Shown here: one piece after another, positions 9,860 through 18,252 of the stretch
Position numbering within the stretch: position 1 is the first letter of the stretch
How the letters are laid out: each line of letters starts with the position of its first letter
NCBI GenBank assembly: GCA_037142775.1
Contig: JBAWZY010000003.1
Span: 160,444-224,443 of the forward strand
Reading direction: 5' to 3'
Length of the DNA: 64,000 nt
Source: Chitinophagia bacterium
Lineage (GTDB): Bacteria > Bacteroidota > Bacteroidia > Chitinophagales > Chitinophagaceae
Program-made: the position numbers and the translations under genes
Notes under the pieces: generated by a model
What the model was told of the DNA's origin: nothing
The model's database searches: none
Seen by the model: the letters and a program-made list of their open reading frames with translations, nothing else

Positions 9860-10843
9860 TTATTTTTTCATAAAATACAAGTTATGCAGCACCAAAGATG
9901 CTGTTATTAGCCAAAAGATCAGATTTGGCAGTACCAGACGACGGGGAACCGAAAAAAAACAGGAAAAAAATACACTTACTGGAATAATCAATAACCAACC
10001 TGCAAATATTCCTTCCTTGCTCATCAAAAATGGTAAAATTATTGTAAGAACTAGCATTAACAGTAAAACACTCCAATATTTTCTTAGTTGCATCAGCAGG
10101 CGACCGTTGAATTTTTGCCAATAGGCAATTCCAAGAAAAATAGCAATCACCAACAATGACAATGAACTTATTGTATATAAATTGAGTTGTGTGATGGGTA
10201 AACCGGGATGAATAGCAGGTAGCCATTGAAAGAAATACAAAAAATTATCGGTTAAATAAGCTATTGAACCTGCAAAGTAATAGGGAATCAACACCCCTAG
10301 AATCAAAACCATCCATTCATTTATTTTAAAAGACCGTACTATAGCCAGCGCAAATAATACAAGGAATACTACAATAAAAAAAGGATGATAACACATGATG
10401 GCTACCCCTAGTACCATGCCTGTATTAAACAACAAAGCCTTAGGAGCTGGATGATTAAATAAACGCGTAAGCCTAACAAATACCCAGATAAGTAAATGCC
10501 CAGATAGTAAGGCCGGACTAATTGCGCAACCGGCAGTAAACAATCCGGATAATAAAATCATTGTCATTGCTGGCACATAGTTGGAATAAGGAAACATTTT
10601 CATATTATCCAATACCCAGTTCAGGCGGATAGCTTGTGACAATATCAAAAAATGATATATAATGAATAATAAAGTCTCGGGCCAAAATCGAATATAAGAG
10701 CCAATAATCCTGGAAAATAATCCATTGGAATTGTCCCAAACAATTTGAGGTGGAGATACAAAAAAATGAAAATGTACTACCAGGGAAAGTAGTACCAGCG
10801 TAAAAAGATTGAAGACAGATTTATCGCGAAATAAAAAGACCAC
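9860..10843 (-). CDS. Multi-pass membrane protein, Bacteroidota conserved hypothetical (DUF6427-like)
   Basis: 327 aa with about 9-10 hydrophobic segments and a GTG start. The family name is a recollection, not verified. Confidence 0.55.
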   Translation of the reverse strand: MVFLFRDKSVFNLFTLVLLSLVVHFHFFVSPPQIVWDNSNGLFSRIIGSYIRFWPETLLFIIYHFLILSQAIRLNWVLDNMKMFPYSNYVPAMTMILLSGLFTAGCAISPALLSGHLLIWVFVRLTRLFNHPAPKALLFNTGMVLGVAIMCYHPFFIVVFLVLFALAIVRSFKINEWMVLILGVLIPYYFAGSIAYLTDNFLYFFQWLPAIHPGLPITQLNLYTISSLSLLVIAIFLGIAYWQKFNGRLLMQLRKYWSVLLLMLVLTIILPFLMSKEGIFAGWLLIIPVSVFFSCFFSVPRRLVLPNLIFWLITASLVLHNLYFMKK

Positions 10844-10852
10844 AGTATATTT

Positions 10853-12379
10853 TTAAAACTCAATTTTAGCAAAACAAATATACCCCCTGAACTGACATGG
10901 AACTAGCACCTGCCTTAGTCCTATTTGTTTGGTATGTCTGGGCATAAAATCAAATCCCTTGTCTAAATTTTTAAAGGTTGGGTTTCGGGTTAACTGTCCA
11001 CCAGGGGCAACACTCTGATCCGACAAAATAAGTGCACGTTTTTCCAGAACATTAAACAGAAAATGCAATTGATCCCCAGTATTCACTAATCCATATCCAA
11101 TCATATCGTCTGTGTTATCGTCAAACTGCGATTTACGAACGATATTACTCCATTCCATTTTACCGGTAGGATCGAATGAAACAACCAGAATATTCTCTGC
11201 ATAATACCGGGTAAGTGTTCCGTTATTATACATATTATTATATCCCCACGGATAAAAGCCAGAGGGACTTCTCCAGATAAAATAATCTGAGGGCATTCTA
11301 TAGGGTGACCCATATAAATAATCCCATCGATTAAGTGTATTTCCCCGCGAAGTGGTATAAACAGATTCGGCTGCCAGCAAAAAGCCCCCATCCTTTCGAA
11401 GAATTACGTGATTAATGAAAAAATCATTGAAAGCTGATTTAACAGATCCCTCTCCACGAGCATCATTGCGCAATTCATCCGAAAAGGCAGTGGTAGCATG
11501 TATCAATTCTGCGTGTTTTTCTTTATCCCAAACAGCGTAATAAAGTCCATCAATATTACCTCTGCGCACTTTGCTAAAAAATGATGTTATCAGATAATGC
11601 TTATTTATATTATCAGCTTTCAAACGGATATCATCAAGAAATATACCCTTCAATTGTAATTCTCCCGTTCGGAGGGCATCCCAAAGGGGATCTTTAAAAA
11701 TCAGCGTTACTTTATTGATGTTATCATTACTGGCAGTTCCGGATGCACGGATGCAAGCCATTTCGCCGTCATTAAACAAAGTAAACTCGGAGAGAAAATC
11801 ATTGCTTTGTGGCATCTCAATGGGTACTATTGATTTTTTCTGCAAGCTAAGCTCTCGGTTAAATAAACATGTGGTTAGAATATGCCGCTTATCATTATGG
11901 GTATTGATTTTAAAAACCATAATTTGTTGCTTATCCTCACTATTGATAACCGAGTAAATTTTGTTATTTGAAGAATAATTCACCTGATCAGTTGAATCGA
12001 GTAACATTTCCTTACCCATTTGCTTTCCCTGCTGATCGATTTTTATGGCAGCCATCATTATAGCGCCCTTTGAATAATATTGATAAAAAAAATAAGAAAA
12101 TTCGCTATAAACGAGAAAATCGGTACTCAACAATCGGGAACCTTCGGGTTGTAATTTATTTTTTTCAAGTAACTTCATATCAGCATCGTAAGCACAAATA
12201 AAATGCTGATCCCGATACCCTTTATAAATGAGAATCCGACCATTCATTTTTCCAATCAATTCGAACTGTAAGGTGCGGGGGTCTTCCCGGTCGGGTTCGG
12301 AATAGGTAATCCGTTGAGCTGCAACCACCCCCGAAATCAAACATCCAATAAGCAACATCCCAATTACTGAAGTGCGCAT
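10853..12379 (-). CDS. Secreted hypothetical protein, beta-strand rich
   Basis: 508-aa ORF, Sec signal ending VAA-Q, no recognisable catalytic motif, own -7 promoter element at 12400-12407. Confidence 0.7.
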   Translation of the reverse strand: MRTSVIGMLLIGCLISGVVAAQRITYSEPDREDPRTLQFELIGKMNGRILIYKGYRDQHFICAYDADMKLLEKNKLQPEGSRLLSTDFLVYSEFSYFFYQYYSKGAIMMAAIKIDQQGKQMGKEMLLDSTDQVNYSSNNKIYSVINSEDKQQIMVFKINTHNDKRHILTTCLFNRELSLQKKSIVPIEMPQSNDFLSEFTLFNDGEMACIRASGTASNDNINKVTLIFKDPLWDALRTGELQLKGIFLDDIRLKADNINKHYLITSFFSKVRRGNIDGLYYAVWDKEKHAELIHATTAFSDELRNDARGEGSVKSAFNDFFINHVILRKDGGFLLAAESVYTTSRGNTLNRWDYLYGSPYRMPSDYFIWRSPSGFYPWGYNNMYNNGTLTRYYAENILVVSFDPTGKMEWSNIVRKSQFDDNTDDMIGYGLVNTGDQLHFLFNVLEKRALILSDQSVAPGGQLTRNPTFKNLDKGFDFMPRHTKQIGLRQVLVPCQFRGYICFAKIEF

Positions 12380-12399
12380 ACAATATGAATTTGCTTTTA

Positions 12400-12407
12400 C
12401 AAATATA
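12400..12407 (-). promoter_or_regulatory. -7 element (TATATTTG) for the 12379 gene run
   Basis: Exact TAnnTTTG match 20 nt upstream of the ATG at 12379. Confidence 0.55.
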
Positions 12408-12491
12408 TGCCAGACATCCTGCTGCTGGCACCTTTTGGCATTAAAAATCCACCAATCCCAATATTATGCCCCAACACATTCATTTTACTTA

Positions 12492-12499
12492 TACATTTG
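12492..12499 (+). promoter_or_regulatory. -7 element (TACATTTG) for kup
   Basis: Exact TAnnTTTG match about 30 nt upstream of the kup GTG. Confidence 0.55.
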
Positions 12500-12530
12500 T
12501 TAAATATTTACGGATAAACGACTCCCTCCT

Positions 12531-14507
12531 GTGGGCAAGAATTATAATAAAGCAACTGTTGCCGGGTTAATTATTGCACTGGGCATTATTTACGGCGACA
12601 TCGGAACCTCCCCTCTTTACGTGTTAAATGAAATCATCAAGGGGCGGATAATTAATGAGGAACTCATTCTGGGTTCTCTTTCCTGTATCATTTGGACCCT
12701 CACCCTCCAAACTACCGTAAAATATGTAATACTCACCTTGAACGCCGATAACAAAGGTGAAGGAGGTATTTTTAGTTTGTATGCCCTGGTAAGAAGAAGA
12801 AGAAAATGGCTGGTAATACCTGCAATGCTGGGGGGAGCCGCTTTACTGGCAGATGGCATTATTACGCCACCGATTACTGTAACCTCGGCAATAGAAGGCT
12901 TGAAGCAAATTAAAATGCTGAGCAATATTCAGCAGAGCACTATTGTTGGCATCGTTATTGGTATCATTACCTTTTTATTTTTCTTGCAGCAATTCGGTAC
13001 CGCTTCCATCGGAAAGTTTTTTGGGCCTGTGATGTTTCTTTGGTTTTCCATGCTGGCAGTGCTTGGATCTGCACACCTGATGGATGATATTGAAATTTTT
13101 AAAGCCCTAAGCCCCCACTATGCAATAGAATTACTTACAACTTATCCAAAGGGTTTCTGGCTACTGGGCGCTGTTTTTCTCTGTACAACCGGAGCGGAAG
13201 CCCTCTACAGCGACCTGGGTCACTGTGGCAAGAATAATATTCGCGTGAGCTGGGGTTTTGTAAAAATTTGTCTGATTTTGAATTATCTGGGTCAAGGTGC
13301 ATGGTTACTCGCCAACTATAACGGACAAATTATTTCTGAAGACGGTTTCAACCCATTTATCGGTATTATGCCATATTGGTTTAAATTGATTGGTATTATT
13401 ATTTCAACTATAGCGGCAGTAATCGCATCGCAAGCATTGATTTCGGGCTCATTCACACTGATTAGTGAAGCCATGCGGCTGAATTTGTGGCCCAAAATGA
13501 AAATCAACTATCCAACTGAAGAAAAAGGACAATTATACATACCCGGCATCAGTTTATTGTTATTTATCGGATGCATTGGAGTGGTTTTATTTTTCCAGAA
13601 ATCTGAAAATATGGGTGCAGCTTACGGGTTGGCTATTACCCTTTGCATGATTAGTACCTCCATTTTATTTGCTAACTATCTGGTAAGCCATCGGGTAAAA
13701 CCATTTTTCATTTATATTTATTTAGTAGTGTATCTTCTGATAGAAAGCTCCTTCCTAATTGCCAATTTGCAAAAATTTCTCAATGGAGGTTATGTTACCC
13801 TGATAGTAGGTGGTGGACTTTTCTTAGTAATGTATGTTTGGTTTAGGAGTAGAAAAATTAAAAACAGATATATTGAATTCGTACGACTCGAACAATATAT
13901 CCCCTTGATTCAGGAACTCAGTAACGATAAAACCATTCCCAAACACGCCACTCATCTGGTTTATATGACAAGTGCCAATAATCCAAAGGAAATTGAGCAT
14001 AAAATCATTTACTCTATCCTGAATAAGAAGCCTAAAAGAGCCGATATCTATTGGTTTGTGCATGTGGATGTATTGGATGAACCCTATACCTGCGAATACA
14101 ATGTAGAACATATTATTCCCAATGATATCATTCGAGTTGAATTTCGGTTGGGATTCCGTGTGGAACAACGCATCAACTTGATGTTCCGAAAAGTGGTGGA
14201 AGACCTGGTTAACAACAAAGAAGTAAATATTACCAGCCGCTATGAAAGCTTGGAGAAAAATCAGGTAGCCGGCGACTTTCAGTTTGTGGTATTGGAAAAA
14301 TATTTAAGCCAGGATAATGAACTGCCCTTTTTAGAACGAGTTATAATGAAATTATATTTCTGGCTAAAAGAGGTAAGTCTGGGCGAAGAGCGCGGATTTG
14401 GATTAGACCCTAGTAACGTATCCGTTGAAAAATTTCCGCTGATTGTAGCTCCGGTTGCTGATTTGAAACTCAAGCGCGTTTTCCACGATGCCTCTGAAGC
14501 CGTATAA
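12531..14507 (+). CDS. kup: KUP/HAK/KT potassium uptake transporter
   Basis: GIIYGDIGTSPLY, DNKGEGGIFSLY, DGIITP, TGAEALYSDLGH, AYGLAIT. GTG start. Confidence 0.97.
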   Translation: MGKNYNKATVAGLIIALGIIYGDIGTSPLYVLNEIIKGRIINEELILGSLSCIIWTLTLQTTVKYVILTLNADNKGEGGIFSLYALVRRRRKWLVIPAMLGGAALLADGIITPPITVTSAIEGLKQIKMLSNIQQSTIVGIVIGIITFLFFLQQFGTASIGKFFGPVMFLWFSMLAVLGSAHLMDDIEIFKALSPHYAIELLTTYPKGFWLLGAVFLCTTGAEALYSDLGHCGKNNIRVSWGFVKICLILNYLGQGAWLLANYNGQIISEDGFNPFIGIMPYWFKLIGIIISTIAAVIASQALISGSFTLISEAMRLNLWPKMKINYPTEEKGQLYIPGISLLLFIGCIGVVLFFQKSENMGAAYGLAITLCMISTSILFANYLVSHRVKPFFIYIYLVVYLLIESSFLIANLQKFLNGGYVTLIVGGGLFLVMYVWFRSRKIKNRYIEFVRLEQYIPLIQELSNDKTIPKHATHLVYMTSANNPKEIEHKIIYSILNKKPKRADIYWFVHVDVLDEPYTCEYNVEHIIPNDIIRVEFRLGFRVEQRINLMFRKVVEDLVNNKEVNITSRYESLEKNQVAGDFQFVVLEKYLSQDNELPFLERVIMKLYFWLKEVSLGEERGFGLDPSNVSVEKFPLIVAPVADLKLKRVFHDASEAV

Positions 14508-14560
14508 TTTTTTGGCAACTCTGCCGAAAAAAACGAAATTGTTATTGAACTTTTATTTAT

Positions 14561-15349
14561 TTGTCTCAAACCCTACTATATCTATTAATAGGTTATTTGC
14601 TGGTTGCACTGATAGTTTATCTGGTGCAGGAGAAATTTATTTTCAAGCCAGAAAAACTTCCGCAAAACTTTGAATATAAATACGATCTTCCCTTCGAAGA
14701 GTTATTCTTTCCTATTTCAGATGGAGCAACTATTAATGGACTCCATTTCTTTTGTAAAGATCCCAAAGGACTGGTATTGTACTTTCATGGAAATTCTAAA
14801 AGTATCAAAGGTTGGGCAAAACATGCCCGCGACTTTTACCGGTACCAGTATGATGTAGTGCTGGTAGATTACAGGGGTTTTGGAAAAAGTACCGGAAAAA
14901 GAACCGAGCAGCATTTACTTAGTGATATGCAGGTTGTGTATGATTCCCTTATTCAAAAATATCCTCAACACCATATCCTTGTATATGGCAGAAGTTTGGG
15001 AAGTGGGTTTGCTGCAAAAATTGCTTCAGACAACACACCACGCTACCTGATTCTAGACGCACCGTATTTTAGTTTCACGAGAGTAGTTAAAAGATTTACT
15101 CCTTTTTTACCACACCGATGGTTACTCCGGTATCAATTTCCAACAGATAAATGGCTTAAAAAAGTAAACTGCCATACCTATATCATTCACGGTACACGTG
15201 ACCGGCTAATTCCTATCAAACAAAGTGAACAATTACAACTCATCAATCCACATAAAATAACCCTGATTAGAATTGAAGGGGGCGGACATAATAATCTGCC
15301 TACTTTTCCCGAATACCATAATTTTCTCAGAGATATTTTAAAATATTAA
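14561..15349 (+). CDS. Membrane-anchored alpha/beta hydrolase (ABHD13/Bem46-like, S33-type), copy 1
   Basis: N-terminal TM helix, YFHGN oxyanion motif, GRSLG nucleophile elbow, HGTRD, GHN. TTG start. Confidence 0.85.
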   Translation: MSQTLLYLLIGYLLVALIVYLVQEKFIFKPEKLPQNFEYKYDLPFEELFFPISDGATINGLHFFCKDPKGLVLYFHGNSKSIKGWAKHARDFYRYQYDVVLVDYRGFGKSTGKRTEQHLLSDMQVVYDSLIQKYPQHHILVYGRSLGSGFAAKIASDNTPRYLILDAPYFSFTRVVKRFTPFLPHRWLLRYQFPTDKWLKKVNCHTYIIHGTRDRLIPIKQSEQLQLINPHKITLIRIEGGGHNNLPTFPEYHNFLRDILKY

Positions 15350-15356
15350 TAAAGGG

Positions 15357-16178
15357 ATGAAATCGATCTTTACTCCGCGATTAAAGAGATTCCTAAAAAT
15401 TCTCTTACTGTTATACGCAATCATAGGAATTGCAGGTTATTACTTACAAGACTATCTCCTGCTTCATCCAAAAAAAATCGCAGCGGGGGAACAATACAAT
15501 TTTCCGGAGACTTTTGAGGAAATCAATTGGAGAGTAGATGAAGAAAATTCATTTCATATAGTGCAATTCACTTTGCCGGATTCTATACGAAAGGGAGTAG
15601 TATTGTACTTTCATGGGAATCAAAATAACATCACACGATATGCCCGCTTTGCCCCTCAATTTACTAAAGAGGGATATGAAGTTTGGATGGCAGAATATCC
15701 GGGATTTGGAAAAGCAACAGGGAAAGCAACTGAGGCACTTATGTACCAGGAAGCAATTCAGGTATACCAGTTGGCAAGAAAAAAATTTACCCCAAAACAA
15801 ATAATTATTTACGGTAAGTCCATTGGTACCGGAGTTGCATCTTATCTGGCTTCACAACGTGATTGCAAAAGTCTGATTTTAGAAACCCCCTATTATAGCA
15901 TTGCATCCTTACTAAGACCCCTATTTGGAATTTACCCGCTAGGCAGTTTACTTCACTTTCAATTTCCTACATTTCAATATCTTCCGGCAGTTTCAGCACC
16001 CATCACCATTCTTCATGGTTCCCGGGATGGTGTAATCCGATACAGCAATGCCCAACAACTTCAACCACTTTTAAAAAAAGGAGACCGATTTATAACTATA
16101 GACGGAGGCTCACATAATAATTTATCCGAATACCCTTTGATGCAGCATACCATTCAACAAATTCTACAAGCTCAATAA
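15357..16178 (+). CDS. Membrane-anchored alpha/beta hydrolase (ABHD13/Bem46-like), copy 2
   Basis: N-terminal TM helix, YFHGN, GKSIG, HGSRD, SHN. Paralogous layout to the upstream gene. Confidence 0.85.
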   Translation: MKSIFTPRLKRFLKILLLLYAIIGIAGYYLQDYLLLHPKKIAAGEQYNFPETFEEINWRVDEENSFHIVQFTLPDSIRKGVVLYFHGNQNNITRYARFAPQFTKEGYEVWMAEYPGFGKATGKATEALMYQEAIQVYQLARKKFTPKQIIIYGKSIGTGVASYLASQRDCKSLILETPYYSIASLLRPLFGIYPLGSLLHFQFPTFQYLPAVSAPITILHGSRDGVIRYSNAQQLQPLLKKGDRFITIDGGSHNNLSEYPLMQHTIQQILQAQ

Positions 16179-16199
16179 TATGAAAAAAGCATGCGCTGC

Positions 16200-17099
16200 T
16201 TAGATCTCTTTGAGTAAAACTTTTTTATTCGTAACAGAAAGATGGTAGGCCATCCCATGTTTAATGGCTACATTGTGAATATCGTGACTAACAGGAAAAT
16301 TGAAACATACTGGAAAATCAAATTCTTTTATCTGATGCTGAATTACTTCTAAAGCTGTTAAGCCAAAAGGAATTTCGGTGTCTTTACAATCGCTAAATCC
16401 CCCTATAAGTAACCCTCCTAATTGATTAAAAAATCCATTCCTTTTTAATTGAATCAACATGCGGTCGATATTATAAATATATTCACCAATATCTTCTAAA
16501 AACAAAATAGCTCCTTTTGTTTGTAATGCACTTCGAGATCCAACCAGATGTGCTATTAGGGAAAGGTTTCCGCCAATAATTCGACCTGAAACAGATCCCA
16601 CTCTATTGAAGGAATGAGGTAAACAGGTATAGCTTTGTTTCTTACCCGTTAAAGCCTTTTTTAAAGTAATTACTGAACTCAAATCAGGTTTAGCAAATGC
16701 AGCTGCCATTGGGGCATGTAAACTAGCAACTCCTACCCGTTGATATAGATGAGCATGTAGAACAGTTATATCACTAAATCCAATTAACCATTTCGGATGC
16801 CTCGAAAAACTTCGGAAAGAAATGCTGTCTATAATTCTACTCAAACCATACCCACCTCTGCCGAAGAGAACTGCATTAATTTCGGGGTCATCCAGCATTT
16901 GCTGTAAATCGGCAAGCCTTTCAGCATCAGTACCAGAAAAATAATGATATTGATTACCTACTGTTTTTCCCAATCTAACCTGATAACCCCAGGATTTAAG
17001 AACATGAATACAATCGGTAACTTTTTTAGCTGGCAGAAATCCTGAAGGACAAACAATCCCAACTGTGTCTCCTTTTTTCAAGTAGGGCGGTACAATCAT
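16200..17099 (-). CDS. LD-carboxypeptidase, peptidase family S66 (no signal peptide)
   Basis: P.LKKGD.VGIVCPS, RGGYG, GFSDIT (Ser), LEDIGE (Glu), VSH (His) triad. Confidence 0.92.
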   Translation of the reverse strand: MIVPPYLKKGDTVGIVCPSGFLPAKKVTDCIHVLKSWGYQVRLGKTVGNQYHYFSGTDAERLADLQQMLDDPEINAVLFGRGGYGLSRIIDSISFRSFSRHPKWLIGFSDITVLHAHLYQRVGVASLHAPMAAAFAKPDLSSVITLKKALTGKKQSYTCLPHSFNRVGSVSGRIIGGNLSLIAHLVGSRSALQTKGAILFLEDIGEYIYNIDRMLIQLKRNGFFNQLGGLLIGGFSDCKDTEIPFGLTALEVIQHQIKEFDFPVCFNFPVSHDIHNVAIKHGMAYHLSVTNKKVLLKEI

Positions 17100-18133
17100 G
17101 GATGTTGGATTTCAGTTAATACAGTTTGGGTGTTGTTTATCTCCAAACGATGCGGTACACCACATTTAAGTGCCACATTATTTTTTTGATGACCAACCGA
17201 AAAATCAAAGCAAACAGGATAATCATATTCTTTCACCTGCTCCCATACGATATCATAAATGGTTTTTCCAAAAGGCTCTTTAGGATCATCGGGTCGGATA
17301 TTAGTGAAACTACCCACAATCAAGGCTTTCAGTTTAGAGAGTTTTCCGCTTCTTTTTAGATTACAAAACATTCGATCGATGCTATATAAGGCTTCCCCCA
17401 CATCCTCTACAAAAAATAATTTATTCCGGGTATCAACATCACTCTTGGTTGCGGCTAAGGTTTCAATCATTTTGAGGTTGCCCCCAATTAAAATTCCTTG
17501 GGCTTCGCCAATACGATTTCGAACATGCGCTGGAACAGCATACTGCAAAGGTTCTCCAAATAAAGCTTTTCGAATTGTATCCAAGGCCTGCAATTGAACA
17601 GGCTCAAAAATAGATGGGTCGGAAGGAAAACCTTCTGCCATCTTTGCATGCAGCGAAGCAACACCTACATATGCATGGAGATGACTGTGAAATACGGTAA
17701 TATCACTATATCCAATCACCCATTTGGGATATTTTTTAAACGGAGAGAAATCCAGCCGATCAATAATTCGAACCGCACCATACCCCCCATGTGCACATAA
17801 AATGGCTTTCAAATCGTTTCGGTTGATTAACTCCTGAAAATCTTCAGCACGCTCCTGATCAGTACCTCCAAAAGTATGGTCTTTCTTGCCTACTGTTTTT
17901 CCCACCACAACCTGTAATCCCCAATTTTGTAAATACTGGATGGCAGGTGCAACATCTTCTGCCAATGCAAAGCCAGAAGGACAGGTAATCCCAATTACAT
18001 CACCCGGTTTTAGGTGGGGCGGAATTTTCCATTTTCGGGGATTGTGTTTTGCTGAATTCGCAGCTGCAGTAAAAGAACTGGCGGAAAGAAAACCTGTAGC
18101 CATTGAGGAGGAAATAAATGCGGAACGCTTCAT
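17096..18133 (-). CDS. LD-carboxypeptidase, family S66, with N-terminal signal-like extension
   Basis: GYSDIT, VEDVGE, VGH triad. About 35-aa leader MKRSAFISSSMATGFLSASSFTAAA. ATGA overlap with the downstream paralogue. Confidence 0.9.
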   Translation of the reverse strand: MKRSAFISSSMATGFLSASSFTAAANSAKHNPRKWKIPPHLKPGDVIGITCPSGFALAEDVAPAIQYLQNWGLQVVVGKTVGKKDHTFGGTDQERAEDFQELINRNDLKAILCAHGGYGAVRIIDRLDFSPFKKYPKWVIGYSDITVFHSHLHAYVGVASLHAKMAEGFPSDPSIFEPVQLQALDTIRKALFGEPLQYAVPAHVRNRIGEAQGILIGGNLKMIETLAATKSDVDTRNKLFFVEDVGEALYSIDRMFCNLKRSGKLSKLKALIVGSFTNIRPDDPKEPFGKTIYDIVWEQVKEYDYPVCFDFSVGHQKNNVALKCGVPHRLEINNTQTVLTEIQHP

Positions 18134-18194
18134 GACTTAAAAATACCAAATACCCTCGTAATTACCAATGTAAAAGGCAGTTATACAGATTTTG

Positions 18195-18202
18195 TACCTT
18201 TG
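18195..18202 (+). promoter_or_regulatory. -7 element (TACCTTTG) for metG
   Basis: Exact TAnnTTTG match followed by CA, upstream of metG. Confidence 0.55.
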
Positions 18203-18252
18203 CATGTTTTTATATGTATTTACCGGTTCCGGTGATACAACAAATCGAACAA

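Noticed and set aside
14507-14533. Hairpin TTTTTTGGCA-ACTC-TGCCGAAAAA after kup
   Set aside because: Followed by A-tracts rather than a U-tract on either strand, so not called as an intrinsic terminator.
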